Source: Azolla caroliniana
Lineage: Eukaryota; Plantae; Polypodiophyta
Length of the DNA: 64,000 nucleotides
Reading direction: 5' to 3'
Assembly (NCBI GenBank): GCA_043228905.1
Contig: JBHGNT010000009.1
Span: 6,138,001-6,202,000 of the forward strand
Numbering within the stretch: the stretch's first letter is position 1; the number at the start of each line of letters is the position of its first letter. This document shows positions 13,597 to 25,288 of the stretch, in pieces. The notes beneath the pieces are model-generated. The model did not search any database and was not told the origin of the DNA. It worked only from the letters and a program-made list of their open reading frames with translations. The position numbers and the translations under genes are program-made.

Positions 13597-16500
13597 ATGG
13601 AAGGCGGCGGTAGTGGGCCTCCGGGCATGATGGTGTTGAACTCACAGAACTACGCCGACTGGAAGATAAAGATGGAAGACCTTCTCATCGTCCGAGACCT
13701 GTACGAACTGATCGACAATGCCGAGATACCCAAGGGGGTAATAGAGTCGGAGTGGAAGCTCCTGAACCGGAAAGCCGTAGCGACGATCCGGCAATATGTA
13801 GATGTAAGTGTTCTGCAACATGTGGCGAACGACACCAACGCATATGAGATGTGGAAGAAGCTGTCGGGCCTCTACGAGAGGAAGAATGCGTTGAACCGGA
13901 CCTCCCTGATGAGGAAGATAGTGAACCTCAAGTACCGGGACGGCGAGAATATGGTGGAACACGTGAGCACGTTCATGGGATTCGTGAACCAGCTTGCGGC
14001 GATCAAGTTCCCGTTGGAGGATGCAATGCAAGCCATCATTCTGATGTGTACATTGCCGGAAAGCTGGGAGAACTTGGTGGTGACTCTCAGCACCTCCTGC
14101 ACCGAAGATAACTTGTCTCTACAAACGGTAAAGACAAGCATTTTGAACGAAGAAGCGCGTCGGAGAGATAAAGAACCGGTTTCCGATCCGAAGATGCTGC
14201 TTACCGAATCGGATCGGGGAAGACAATGGAACCGGAGTCCGCAAAGACGGGAGAAGTCGGGGACCCGGTCGCAGTCAAGAGGAAGACCCACATGCTTCCA
14301 CTGTGGAAGCCAGGGCACTTCCGGAAGAATTGTCGGCATTACCGAAAGGACAACGGAGCCGACGACACCGATTCGAAGAAGTCACCGGAGAGAAACGGTG
14401 CATACCGGGGAGCCACGGACCGGAGAGGTCCGGATCGGCGAGGGCAGGACCGGAAAGGAACGACGGCACTCGCGGCAAGTGAAGAAGAGATAATGCTCAT
14501 TACCGAAGAGAGGGAGCTGAACCTTGCCGGTGTAGAGATGACCTGGGTGGTCGATTCCGGAGCGTCGTTCCACCTGACCCCGGAGAAGAAATACTTCTCA
14601 TCCTATACAGCCGGTGAGCACGGCTGTGTCCGGATGGGAAATGAAGGCACATGTCGGATTGCCGGCATAGGAGACGTGTGGCTGATGACATCAACCGGAT
14701 GCAAGATGCTGCTGAAGGATGTACGACACGTTCCGGAGGCCCGATTGAACCTGATTTCGGCCGGGAGGCTAGACGATGAAGGCTACACGGGTAGCATCCG
14801 GAACGGTGTCATGAAGTTCAGCAAAGGGAGCCTGATAGTGGCTCGGGCCCGGAAGGTCAACACACTGTACCTGATGAATTCCCGGCTATGTCCGGAGGAG
14901 CTGAACGTGGCAGCCGATACTGCCGGTGAGCTGTGGCACAAGAGACTGTGTCACATGAGTGAGAAGGGGATGAAGAGGCTTGCAGAAGACAACCTTATTC
15001 CAGTGAAGCATGTGCACCTGGAGAAGTGCACCGATTGCCTGGCCGGTAAACAGAACCGAACCTCCTTCCACTCAAGGCCACCGACGAGACGTAGTGTACC
15101 ATTGGAGTTGGTACACACTGATGTGTGTCAGGTAGAAACGAAGTCACATGGCGGAGCCCAGTACTTCGTAACATTCATAGATGACCATAGCCGGAAGCTG
15201 TGGACGGCACCGTTGAAGATAAAGGACCAAGCATTGTCCGTCTTCAAAGAACTCCACGCGAGAGTGGAAAGGGAATCCGGCAAGGAGCTAAAAGCGATAC
15301 GAGCGGATAACGGAGGGGAATACCGGGGGCAGTTCGAGGAGTACTGTCGCTCGAAGGGAATCCGGCTCGAGTTTACTGTGCCGAAGACGCCGGAACTGAA
15401 CGGGCTGGCCGAGAGGATGAACCGGACCATAATGGAGAGGGTCCGGAGTATGCTGGCGCATGCAAAATTACCCAAGGGGTTTTGGGCTGAGGCAATGTCG
15501 ACGGCGACATACGTGATAAACAGATCACCCTCAGTACCTTTGGACGGAGACACGCCGCAGAGAGTGTGGACCGGTAGGGAAGTATCCTACCGGCATCTGA
15601 AGGTGTTCGGGTGTCTCGCATATGTGCATGTGGCAAAGGACCGGAGAGGAAAGTTAGACCCAAAGACCCGGCCATGCATATTCCTCGGTTACGGCGACGA
15701 CGAGTTCGGCTACCGAGTATGGGACCCGGTCGACAAAAAGATATTCCGGAGTCGTGATATCATCTTCATGGAGGACAAGACACTCGCCGACTGGGAGTCG
15801 GAGAAGAAGATGAAGAGCTCCAAGTCGTCCGGTGAGGATCAACTCTACGAGGAGCAGTCCCGACCGGCAAGGGACCGGTTAGCACTCGAGGATCCGGCCG
15901 AAGACGGTGAAGAAACAGAACCGGCCGAGGAAGATGAAACTGATACCGGAACCGGCCCCGATCCCGAAATGGATTCGGATGAAGAGGAAACGGAGGAGCC
16001 GGTTACCGAAGCTCCGGAACGGAGATATCCTCTAAGAGAGAGAAGGGCCCCCCGGAGATTTCCGGAACCAGAGCACGTGCTGCTAACCGACGAGGGGGAG
16101 CCGGAGAGTTTTGAAGAAGCAAAGCTTGACACCCATAGCCGCAGGTGGTTAAGTGCCATGCAGGAGGAGATGGATTCCCTGCATGAGAACCACACATATG
16201 AACTTGTGGAGTTGCCGAAAGGAAAGCGGGCACTTCGAAACAAGTGGGTGTTCAAGCTGAAACCGGGAGATGCCGGAAACCCCCCGAGATACAAAGCCAG
16301 GATCGTGGTGAAGGGGTTTCAGCAGAAGAAGGGTGTCGACTTCGACGAGATATTTGCCCCGGTAGTGAAGATGACCTCCATCCGGACGGTGCTGAGCATA
16401 GCGGCAAGCATGGACCTCGAGGTAGAACAGATGGACGTGAAGACGACATTCCTTCACGGTGACCTCGAAGAAGAGATCTACATGCAGCAACCGGAAGGAT

Positions 16501-17669
16501 TCGAGAAGAAAGGGAAGGAGCACCTGGTATGCCGGTTGAAGAAGAGCCTTTACGGACTGAAGCAGGCTCCCCGGCAATGGTACCGGAAGTTCGACTCTTT
16601 CATGACCGACGAAGGGTACCACAAAACGCAGTCCGATCACTGCGTGTTTGTGAAGAAGTTCGAAGGAGGAGGCTTTCTAATACTCCTCCTGTACGTGGAC
16701 GACATGTTGATCGTCGGACGGGACCAGGTCAAGATACAGATGCTGAAGAAGGCGCTTCACCGAACCTTCTCAATGAAGGACCTGGGTCTGGCGAGGCAAA
16801 TACTAGGGATGCACATCATCCGGGACCGGAAGAAGAAGCAGTTGTGGCTGTCACAGGAGAAGTATGTGACAAAGGTGCTTCACCGGTTCAACATGTCGAA
16901 AGCAAGACCGGTCGGTTCAACCCTCCCAGCAAACTGCAAGTTGTCCAGCAAGCAAAGCCCCAAGACAAAGGCTGAGAAGGAGGACATGATGAAAGTGCCA
17001 TATGCCTCTGCCGTCGGAAGCTTGATGTACGCAATGGTGTGTACAAGACCGGACATAGGATATGCAGTCGGAGTGGTGAGCCGGTACATGAGCAATCCCG
17101 GCAAAGAGCACTGGAACGCGGCCAAGTGGATACTCCGATACCTGAAGGGCACAGCAAACGTATGCCTCCGATTCGGCTCCGGTAAGCCCGAACTCGACGG
17201 CTTTACCGATTCGGATATGTCGGCCGATGCAGATACCAGCCCGTCCACATCAGGGTATGTGATGACGTATGCAGGGGGAGCTGTTTCGTGGCAATCGAGG
17301 CTGCAGAAGACGGTTGCGTTGTCAACCACGGAGGCGGAGTACATGGCGGCCGTTGAAGCCGGCAAGGAAATAATATGGATGAAGGACTTCATTAGAGAGC
17401 TCGGTATCCGGCAGGAGGAGTACCGACTCTACTGCGACAGTCAGAGTGCCATCCACCTTGCGAAGAATGCGGCCTATCACTCCCGGACGAAGCACATCCA
17501 GCGTAGATACCACTGGATCCGGGAAAGGATAGAAGACAAGGAGTTCGTGCTGACGAAGATCCACACGGACGAGAACGGGTCGGATATGCTGACCAAGGTA
17601 CTTACACCCGACAAGCTGGAAGCATGTCGGAAGAGGATCGGATTGGAGAGACATCCCATGCCGAAGTGA
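13597..17669 (+). pseudogene. gag-pol: Copia Gag-Pol of C with one frameshift in the zinc knuckle (about 14305)
   Basis: CFHCG|KPGHFRKNC is split over two frames (intact in F as CFYCGKPGHFQKNC). WVVDSGAS protease, WHKRLCH GAG-pre-integrase, YVDD RT, RNase H. Confidence 0.93.
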
Positions 17670-17679
17670 AGGGGGAGTT

Positions 17680-18307
17680 TGTTGGGATTTTCGGTCCCTC
17701 CGGATGGGATGTCCGGAGATGAATGACGGCAATCCCGGTTACGGTTACGGTCCCGGCTACGGAGCCGGATGATGAAGACCTCGGCTACGGAGCCGGATGA
17801 TGAAGACCCCGGCTACGGAGCCGGATGATGAACGTACCCGGAGCGAGATCCAGATGCGGGGACATATTTGTGAATATGCTTACCAAGGGCCCTTGAGGCT
17901 ATATTTGTAAATAACCCGAAAGTCATATGTGTATAAATATGACTTAGGGCAAACAGTTTTATGTTGTTGCTCATTTTTATGTTTTCAGCCGAGAGAGAGC
18001 AAAGTGAGAGCAGCCGAGAGAGAGAGGGAGAGGAAGGAAGAGGTCGACGCCTCTGTGTAATATCGCCGCCTGTGGCGAAGACAGTGAGCTCAAGGTTGTT
18101 GCCTTGTAGCTTCACCATTGTACATCTCTGTGTATAGTGATAGTTGGAGTTTGAGGACTCCCGTGGTTTTTTTTTCCCATTTAGGGTTTTCCACGTAAAA
18201 CATCCTGTGTACTCTTCTCTCTATTGTCTTCGTGCATTTTTTTGTATTTCCCGTTTTCTGTGAATCGATCCTACTACTTGGTGGCGGCCGAGCACTGTTG
18301 CGCAACA
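17680..18307 (+). repeat. 3' LTR of C
   Basis: Repeat of 12936-13565, followed by the TSD. Confidence 0.95.
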
Positions 18308-19484
18308 TATGTGACCTGACGAGGTTCCGACAAATTGTCGGAAGCCTTATCTACTTGATAATCACCCATCCCGATGTCAGCTATCCGGTCGGGGTGATCA
18401 GTTATTCATGGCGCGTCCTACCGAGGAGCACCTTCAGTGTGCGCAATGCGTACTACGGTACGTAAGTAGCACTAAGGACCGGGGATTGCTATATCAGACC
18501 GGTACAACCTCGCAGTTGGTCGGCTACACCGATGCTGATTGTGCTGGCAATGCCGCTGATCGCCGATCCACGTCCGAATATGCGTTCTCTCTTGGGAATG
18601 TCGCGATAGGGTGGAGCAGTAAGAAGTAGCCGACAGTTGCACTATCGAGCACCGAAGTTGAGTACCGAGGAGCGGCTGTCGCGACATGCGAAGCCATATG
18701 GTTGAAGCGGCTAGTTAAAGACCTGCAAGAGTAGGTGTCCGATCCGACGACGATCTTCTGCGACAACCTCAACAGCATCCAGCTCGCGAAGAACCCCATT
18801 TTCCATGCCCGGACTAAGCACATTGAGGTGCACTACCATTTCATCCGTGAGCGTGTTCTCTCCGGTGAAGTCGAACTTCAGTATGTTTCGACGGATCGGC
18901 AGACTGCCGACATCTTCACCAAGCCTCTTGGACTGGACAAGTTGCGGCAATTCTTGGGTGCGCTTGGGTTGCGTCACCTCGATGTGCCGAAGTTGAGGGG
19001 GAGAGAAGACCGCGACGCCGAGTCGGATGACGAATTCGATTTCGGATCGGCTGAAGAAGCCGAGGGCGGATCCGCGGAAGAGTCCAAAAGCGAACACAAG
19101 GGGAGCAGTCAAAAGAAAAAGCCGAAGCCAACCAAGCATGGGGGAGATGACGCCGTCAAGGGTGAGAAGACCGAAGACGAGTTGGAGATAGCCAACTCGG
19201 ACGAGAGCGAAAACCGATCGGATGTAGCCGAGTCGGTTCGGATGTTTGATTCGGATACACTGAATCAACCGAAGGCCAAGTGGAAAAGAAGGCAACAGGA
19301 GAAGCACCAACACCGCGACAACAAGGGAGCTGTGAAGGGCCATGGAAGAAGACAGGCCGACCGAAAGGGTCGAAGTGCACAGAGTCGAACAGGCCGAGGA
19401 ACGCGATCGAGGCGTGGAGCCAAGAGGAACCGGAGCTGTGATCCGGAAGATCCTGAAGAGCCTCAAGTTGAGCTTGAGGGGGAG

Positions 19485-19890
19485 TGTTGAGAGACAAGCT
19501 CAACATCGGCCGGATCGGCTGAGCAAGCCGAGGACCGGATCGGTTGGAAACCGGTACGCAGACCGGTGCGTAGTAAGGCCGGATCGGTGCAGAAATCGGG
19601 AGGCCATCGGAAAGATATTCCGCAAGGAATATATTTGGGACTTAGTGTAGGGGCTCCTTAATGAGCATTGAAGTACTATCAGTACTTCTGTCAGTCCGAA
19701 AAAGGACTTGTATAAAAGTGTTCATTGAACACACACGATGTACAGATTGCGTATTATTTTTTGAATTAAGTTCTTGTGTTTACTCTCTCTCTGTCTTTCC
19801 CGTGCATACTGTGCAAACCTAAGCTTTCCATTAAACCTGCGTTTTCTGTTGTTCGGTTTCCTATATTGCTTCCGCACGCCATTCTTTTCA
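19485..19890 (+). repeat. 3' LTR of B
   Basis: TG follows the PPT, TATAAAA near 19711, and it ends ...TTTTCA where gypsy integrase sequence (GQPTEQARMPHQP) begins. The partner LTR is absent. Confidence 0.8.
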
Positions 19891-20694
19891 TGGGCCAACC
19901 AACAGAACAGGCAAGGATGCCTCACCAGCCGGTGCAACCCTAGAGCCATTTAAGAAAAGGAGGTTGTATTTCGTTGGGCCTTTTAAACCTCTTGCAATGA
20001 GAACCGGCAACAAATATGTTATAGTCGCCACCGATTATTGCACCAAGTGGGTAGAAGCCAAGGCTTTGCGGGACAACACTGCGGCATCAACAACAAAGTT
20101 CTTATATGAGTACATCTGGTGCCGGTATGGATGCCAGATCGAGTTAATTAGCAACCAAGGCGGACATTTTCTTGGTCAAGTAGTGGAGAGCTTAACAACA
20201 TTCTATGCAATGGTGCACAAGCGCAATACCCCTTATTATCCACAGGCCAATGGGCTGGCCGAATCCACAAACAAAACGCTCCAAACCATCTTGCGAAAGA
20301 TTGTCAATGAAAACCGGACCAATTGAGACACCAAACTACATAGTGCACTATGGGCATACTGGACGACGTACAAAATGAGTATCCGGTCAATGCCATTCCG
20401 GTTAGCATTTGGGCTGGAAGTAGTAATGCCGATCGAATTTCAGGTTCCGAGTTTGCGGATACAGGTTAGAGAACGACTAAGTGAAAAGGAATCGGAAAAA
20501 ATCCGGTTAGCCGCATTATGCGAACTCGAGGAGCATCGGATAGCGAGTCTCATGCAGTTGGAACTAGAGCAACGACGAAGGAAGGCATTTGTCGATTGGC
20601 AATGAGAAGATGTTCGGGATCGGCAAGACGGTACTTGTGTTCCACACCCGGATGGGTTAGATGCCGGGAAAGCTAAGGTTCCGGTGGACCGGAC

Positions 20695-21281
20695 TGACGG
20701 GAACTGCACGCTCCCTATACGCAACGCTCGGCCACAACCGAGCTTAGAATCATACACAGAAAACGGGAAATGAAATGCACGACACAAAGAAGAGAAGAGT
20801 ACACAGGATGTTTACGTGGAAAACCCAAACTAGGGAAAAACCACGGCAGCCCACAGGCTGCAAACTATCACTATGCTAGAATGTACAACAGTGAGTTCAC
20901 GGAGGCAACGACCTCGTGCTCATGATCTTCGCCACAGGCGGCGGTTACAACAGAGGCAGCGACCTCTTCCTCTCTCTCTTTCTCTCTGTACACTGTTACG
21001 CGCTATAATCTTGTGCAAAAGCAAAAAAAAATGACAAAAAACAACTAAAAGTTTGCCCTAAGTCATATTCATTCTAATATGACTTTTCGGCTATTTACAA
21101 ATATAGCCTCTATGGACTCACAGATACATATTTACGAATATGTCTCTTCATCCGGTGAGCACTCCTCACCGGGTCTACACCATCCGGCTCTCCGTAGCCG
21201 GGTACTCCTCATCCGGTTCCGGAGTTTGTTCATCAGCATTGTTCTCCTCCCTTCCCATCCGGAGGAACCTGTCTCCCAACA
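20695..21281 (-). mobile_element. Copia solo LTR (C/F family)
   Basis: 587 bp TG...CA, TSD CGGAC (20690-20694, 21282-21286), strong similarity to the F LTR at 24980-25618. Confidence 0.92.
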
Positions 21282-21704
21282 CGGACTGTATTGGATAACG
21301 CGGGAATTCAACGGTTCATACCAGCTCGGATTGCTCGCCGGTGAAATAATGGGCAAATGGGTCAATGGGTTTCGACTCAAACCATATTGTGAACCTATGC
21401 CACAGAATCCGTTCGAGCAGACGGAGGCTAATGCAAGAGTAGGAAGCAGGAAACAAGTAGCCAGCGTTACTGGATAATGACAAACAGGTGGTTGACAAAC
21501 GTGAATATGGGGAAAAATTAACTAAAAACTCAACTTGCAAAGAAAAAAAAAAGAGGTCATCATGTAGAGGTGAGGAGCGAACGGGCACTTTGAAAATGTG
21601 TGGTGGGTGGCTAATTAAAGCCCCTTTAAAAAAACGCACCACGTGTCAACTGACTGCTATATTAGTACAAGACGTGCATGCGCGGGAATCAAGAAAAGGC
21701 GCCA

Positions 21705-22573
21705 TGTGAGGCCTATAGCTCATGCACGGTTCGGGAGCCAAGCCCCAACAGTAATGGTGCGGCTTAGGCTAACACCCATATATTAGCTAGTTATTAATTG
21801 GAAGCAGGCAGGATGGCGATGAATTATGATTGGTCTAAACCTTCAGCCTCGTTCAACACAGTGAATGAAGGCTGAAAGTGGTTAGAAGAGAAGGTCCCGT
21901 GGGGAAGCCGTTAGAGTGGTTCCTGGCTACGCCCTGGAGGAGACTACGCCGACCCTTATAGCGATAAAAAATATGTACTTGATCCGTATTTTTAAATGGT
22001 GGGAAATCGCATACCATCAGCCCATATAGCTAGGGGCGCATGGGTACATAATACCGAATGGAAGCCAGGTTAAGGCGCAGGGTCAGCTTGAGCTGCAGGG
22101 GTCAAGGCTAAAACAATTGAGAAAGAGAATACATAATGTATTGCGCGGTCACTCTTAGGTGTTCACAAACCTATAGATTTCTGATGCTGAGGTACTATCG
22201 GTATAGTGTCTAATCTCGACCATGGCATACGTAAGCTTGGCAAAGCAGGGCAAAGCCGGTGGTTAGGCAGACGCCCCATTGTTTGAGGTGTTGTTACGAT
22301 AGGGAGAGAGCTAGAGAGAGAGACAAATAGGAAATGACACAAATGTGAGGGGAAAATTGTATATCCATTAGATGCCCCATAAGGGGTTTATATAATACAT
22401 AATGTAACGGTAAATAATGACCGTTACAAAAGAGATGACCGTTACACTCTTGTCACATGCACATATTTGTGCATGTGCTCACACATACTCATCCTCACAT
22501 ACTCATTTACTTTACACATACACATCAACCACATCATTACACATATCCTTATGCCTCCCCGTATATTCTTACA
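21705..22573 (-). mobile_element. Solo-LTR-like insert of another family
   Basis: 869 bp with TG...CA ends, minus-strand TATATAAA near 22387-22394 and a CT-rich tract after it. Flanks do not match (CGCCA vs GGTAA). Confidence 0.65.
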
Positions 22574-23253
22574 GGTAACAGCAACAACCAGAAGTAGAAC
22601 GGCCGCTTGACGTAACCATCCATAGTAGGCTCATGGCCAGTGAAGACGCCATCCCACGACAAGAACCGGCACGAAAACAAGGCACTGACAGTCAATGGCT
22701 ACGATGGATAACAGAACAAGTGGACGGGGTCGTCTGCCAGTTAGAAGCGGAAGAGAAAGCACATGAAGACCGGTTGCTAGCCACAACCGAGGAATTAGAG
22801 AAGGCCCAGTGAAGAATCCAAATCATGGAGGAAGACATAGAGAAGGCCAGAACATAAATGGCCAAGTTGGTCATAGAAGGACCACAACAATCGGAACCGG
22901 TGGCTCCGGTAACTTTACAGAACAATAAGACCCCGGTGGCTGCAACAGGCCCGGATACTAATAAAACGTCAGCACAAGAGCTCGCCACATTACGGGAAGA
23001 CCTGACAGCACAAGAAGCCTTACGAGCCAGGGAGCGAGAATTGAAAAAAGTGGTGGAGGAGGAACAAAGGAAGACGGTGGACAACCTCCACCGAGCAGAG
23101 GAAAGCTTGAGAAAAGATCATCAAGCATATGACTGGCTGAAGGAAGAAAAAGAAAGACTCCTGCAGGAAAAGGACAAACTCCAGCGCTCGGCGGAAGTAG
23201 AGATCAAGCGACTCAAGGAAGAACTCCGGCAACAAAAGGACCGGGAAGACCAT

Positions 23254-23842
23254 TGTCGTAGTGTATTCCACACACTACGTGCAAACCATAAAATAATATA
23301 TCCGATTTTAGATACATATAAATAAATAAATAATATGTCAAAATATTTATCACATGCATAGGGCAAGATTCGAACCTTGCACCTCCATGTAGATAAACTT
23401 CAACTTTACCATTGAAATAACTTATCTTTAGTGTTATATATATAGATTTAATACATATAAGACCTTTATTTACACATACCTTTATAAAAAGGTAAAAATT
23501 ATATATTCTTTAGGGTGTGAATATTTTATTTACACGTGACATTGAAAGTGACTCATGCACATCTAGCGTGCATGAGCCCTATATTTAGGAAATGACAAAG
23601 CATCACATGCACATTTAGTGTGCATGGACACTTTTGGTGAAAAAGCATGGAGCCATGCTTAGCCTCTTCTATCTTTATATAAGGAGGAGAGAAATATGTA
23701 TAAGGTTGTTGATTAATATACAAGGATTGATCAATCTAATATATTAATCAACAACCTTATACATATTCCTCTTCCTCCTAGTCAAAAACCTCGGCGGTTC
23801 CAACCCGACTCACGCAACGATCCGGAGCTGAAAGGCACGACA
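23254..23842 (+). repeat. 5' LTR of H (internally rearranged)
   Basis: Repeat of 43861-44564 with roughly 3% substitutions by eye and about 130 bp replaced by a short inverted copy. Confidence 0.92.
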
Positions 23843-23846
23843 CAGT

Positions 23847-23864
23847 TGGTGAACCCGACGTGAA
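23847..23864 (+). promoter_or_regulatory. PBS complementary to tRNA-Trp
   Basis: TGGTGAACCCGACGTGAA is the reverse complement of the plant tRNA-Trp 3' end (...TTCACGTCGGGTTCACCA, from recall). It is identical in L. Confidence 0.85.
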
Positions 23865-23882
23865 ACACCGGGTGGCAAGGAG

Positions 23883-24979
23883 ATGGAAAATCAACCAGAG
23901 GCTAGCAACATGATGATGTTGTTCGAGCGCATGCTACAAGAACAACGCGCGATGTCGGAGATAGCGGCATCAGTGGAGCGGCTCGTGCAACGAAACGAGC
24001 AATTCAACGGGAAAGACGTGTCGCGGTATCTTTGGGACTACAAGGCGGAGATGCTACGGTGCGGAATATCGGAAGGACTGCAAGTGACGTCCTTCAACCG
24101 GGTGGCGACCGATGGGCTTCAAGCAAGCATCCATGGGCTACGACAGCAAAATCCGACATGGGAGGCGTTTGAAGAAGAGCTAAAGAGGACGTTCGCCATC
24201 GAGGATTCCTCCAAGGCGACGCGAAGGGGATTCGAAGATTGGGTGGAGACGCCGGACAAGGGATTGAAGGTCGTTGATGTGTTTTCAGCATTCGAAAGCC
24301 GGTTCGGGAGGTTGTCCGCGAGAGATCAAGCTATCCTCGTACCGGACAAGGTGATCATGTTCTTGCGAGCCGTGGACGTCCGAGACCGGAATGATCTCGG
24401 AGTGCTCTTGGAGGACATGACCACGGAGAGTGGCCTCACCGAAACATGGGAAAGCGTGCGGGATATCGTCGCGCGATACACGAAGAGGGGGCAATGGCTT
24501 GCCAACGAGGAAAAGAGGGTTTCGGAACCGATTCCGAAACCGAGAACCGGATTGGAAGACCATCAACCGAGGGCTCGGGAGACTACAACCGAGAAGGGGA
24601 TTGATGCATCTACGGTGGAGCAACTATTGAAGGAGATGGAGAATCTGAAGATTGCGATGGTGAAGAAGTCGGATGACCGCCCCACAAGCTCCAAGTATAC
24701 GGACCGATGGTGCATATGGTGCGATAGCGCCGAACACGATCGGAGGGATTGCGACGAGCATAAGGAGGCGCTACGGGATCTCATCTACTACGAGGGAAAC
24801 CAGATTCATTCGATGGACTCTCGGAAGCCACTCCGACCGAACTTTCGGAAAGGCGGCATGAAGAAGGTGTTCAAGGAGGAATTGGCGGCAAGAAGCAACT
24901 ATGCGACAACCGCGGGAATATGTGTCGGGGAGTCATCGGGAGCAAAGACGTCTTTTTGGCCGGAGATTCTAGAAAACAC
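23883..24979 (+). pseudogene. gag: Gag of H, N-terminal part up to the F insertion
   Basis: ORF starts 19 nt after the PBS, has a CIWCDSAEHDRRDC zinc knuckle, and is homologous to 63261-64000. Confidence 0.85.
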
Positions 24980-25256
24980 TGATGAGAACTCGACGTTCTT
25001 TATGTCCGACGCTCGGCCACAATCGAGATTCTTTTCACACACAGAAAAACAGGTAATGAAACGCGACACAAAAGAGGAGAAATGGTACACAGGAGGTATA
25101 CGTGGAAAACCCCAAAATAGGGGAAAAACCACGGCAGCCCACAAGCTGCAAACTGTCACTATGCAGAAATATACAACAGTGAGATCACTGAGGCAACGAC
25201 CTCGTGCTCTCAGATCTTCGCCACAGGCGGCGGTTACAACCGAGGCTACGACCTCG

Positions 25257-25288
<32 letters not shown>

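Larger units (their letters stand above)
12936..18307 (+). mobile_element. Element C: full-length young Ty1/copia (Tnt1/Tork-like) nested in the RT of B
   Basis: LTRs of 630 and 628 bp (2 substitutions and one 2-bp GA indel seen), TSD TATGT (12931-12935, 18308-18312), PBS-Met at 13569-13580, PPT at about 17668-17677. Confidence 0.97.
10858..19890 (+). mobile_element. Element B: 5'-truncated, degenerate Ty1/copia retrotransposon (IN-RT-RH plus 3' LTR), interrupted by C
   Basis: GKQHR...LIHSAVWGP and LRSDGGKEY integrase, YKARLVAKG and LYVDD RT, and RNase H resuming at 18308. Frameshifts and stops present. PPT at 19474-19484. Confidence 0.92.

Noticed and set aside
14226-14493. Programmed gag/pol frameshift in copia C
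   Set aside because: The shift falls inside the CCHC knuckle and sister copy F is in frame, so it is a private 1-nt deletion.
23355-23425. Functional tRNA gene
   Set aside because: No convincing acceptor or anticodon stems. Only promoter-box geometry is retained, so it is reported as a finding instead.
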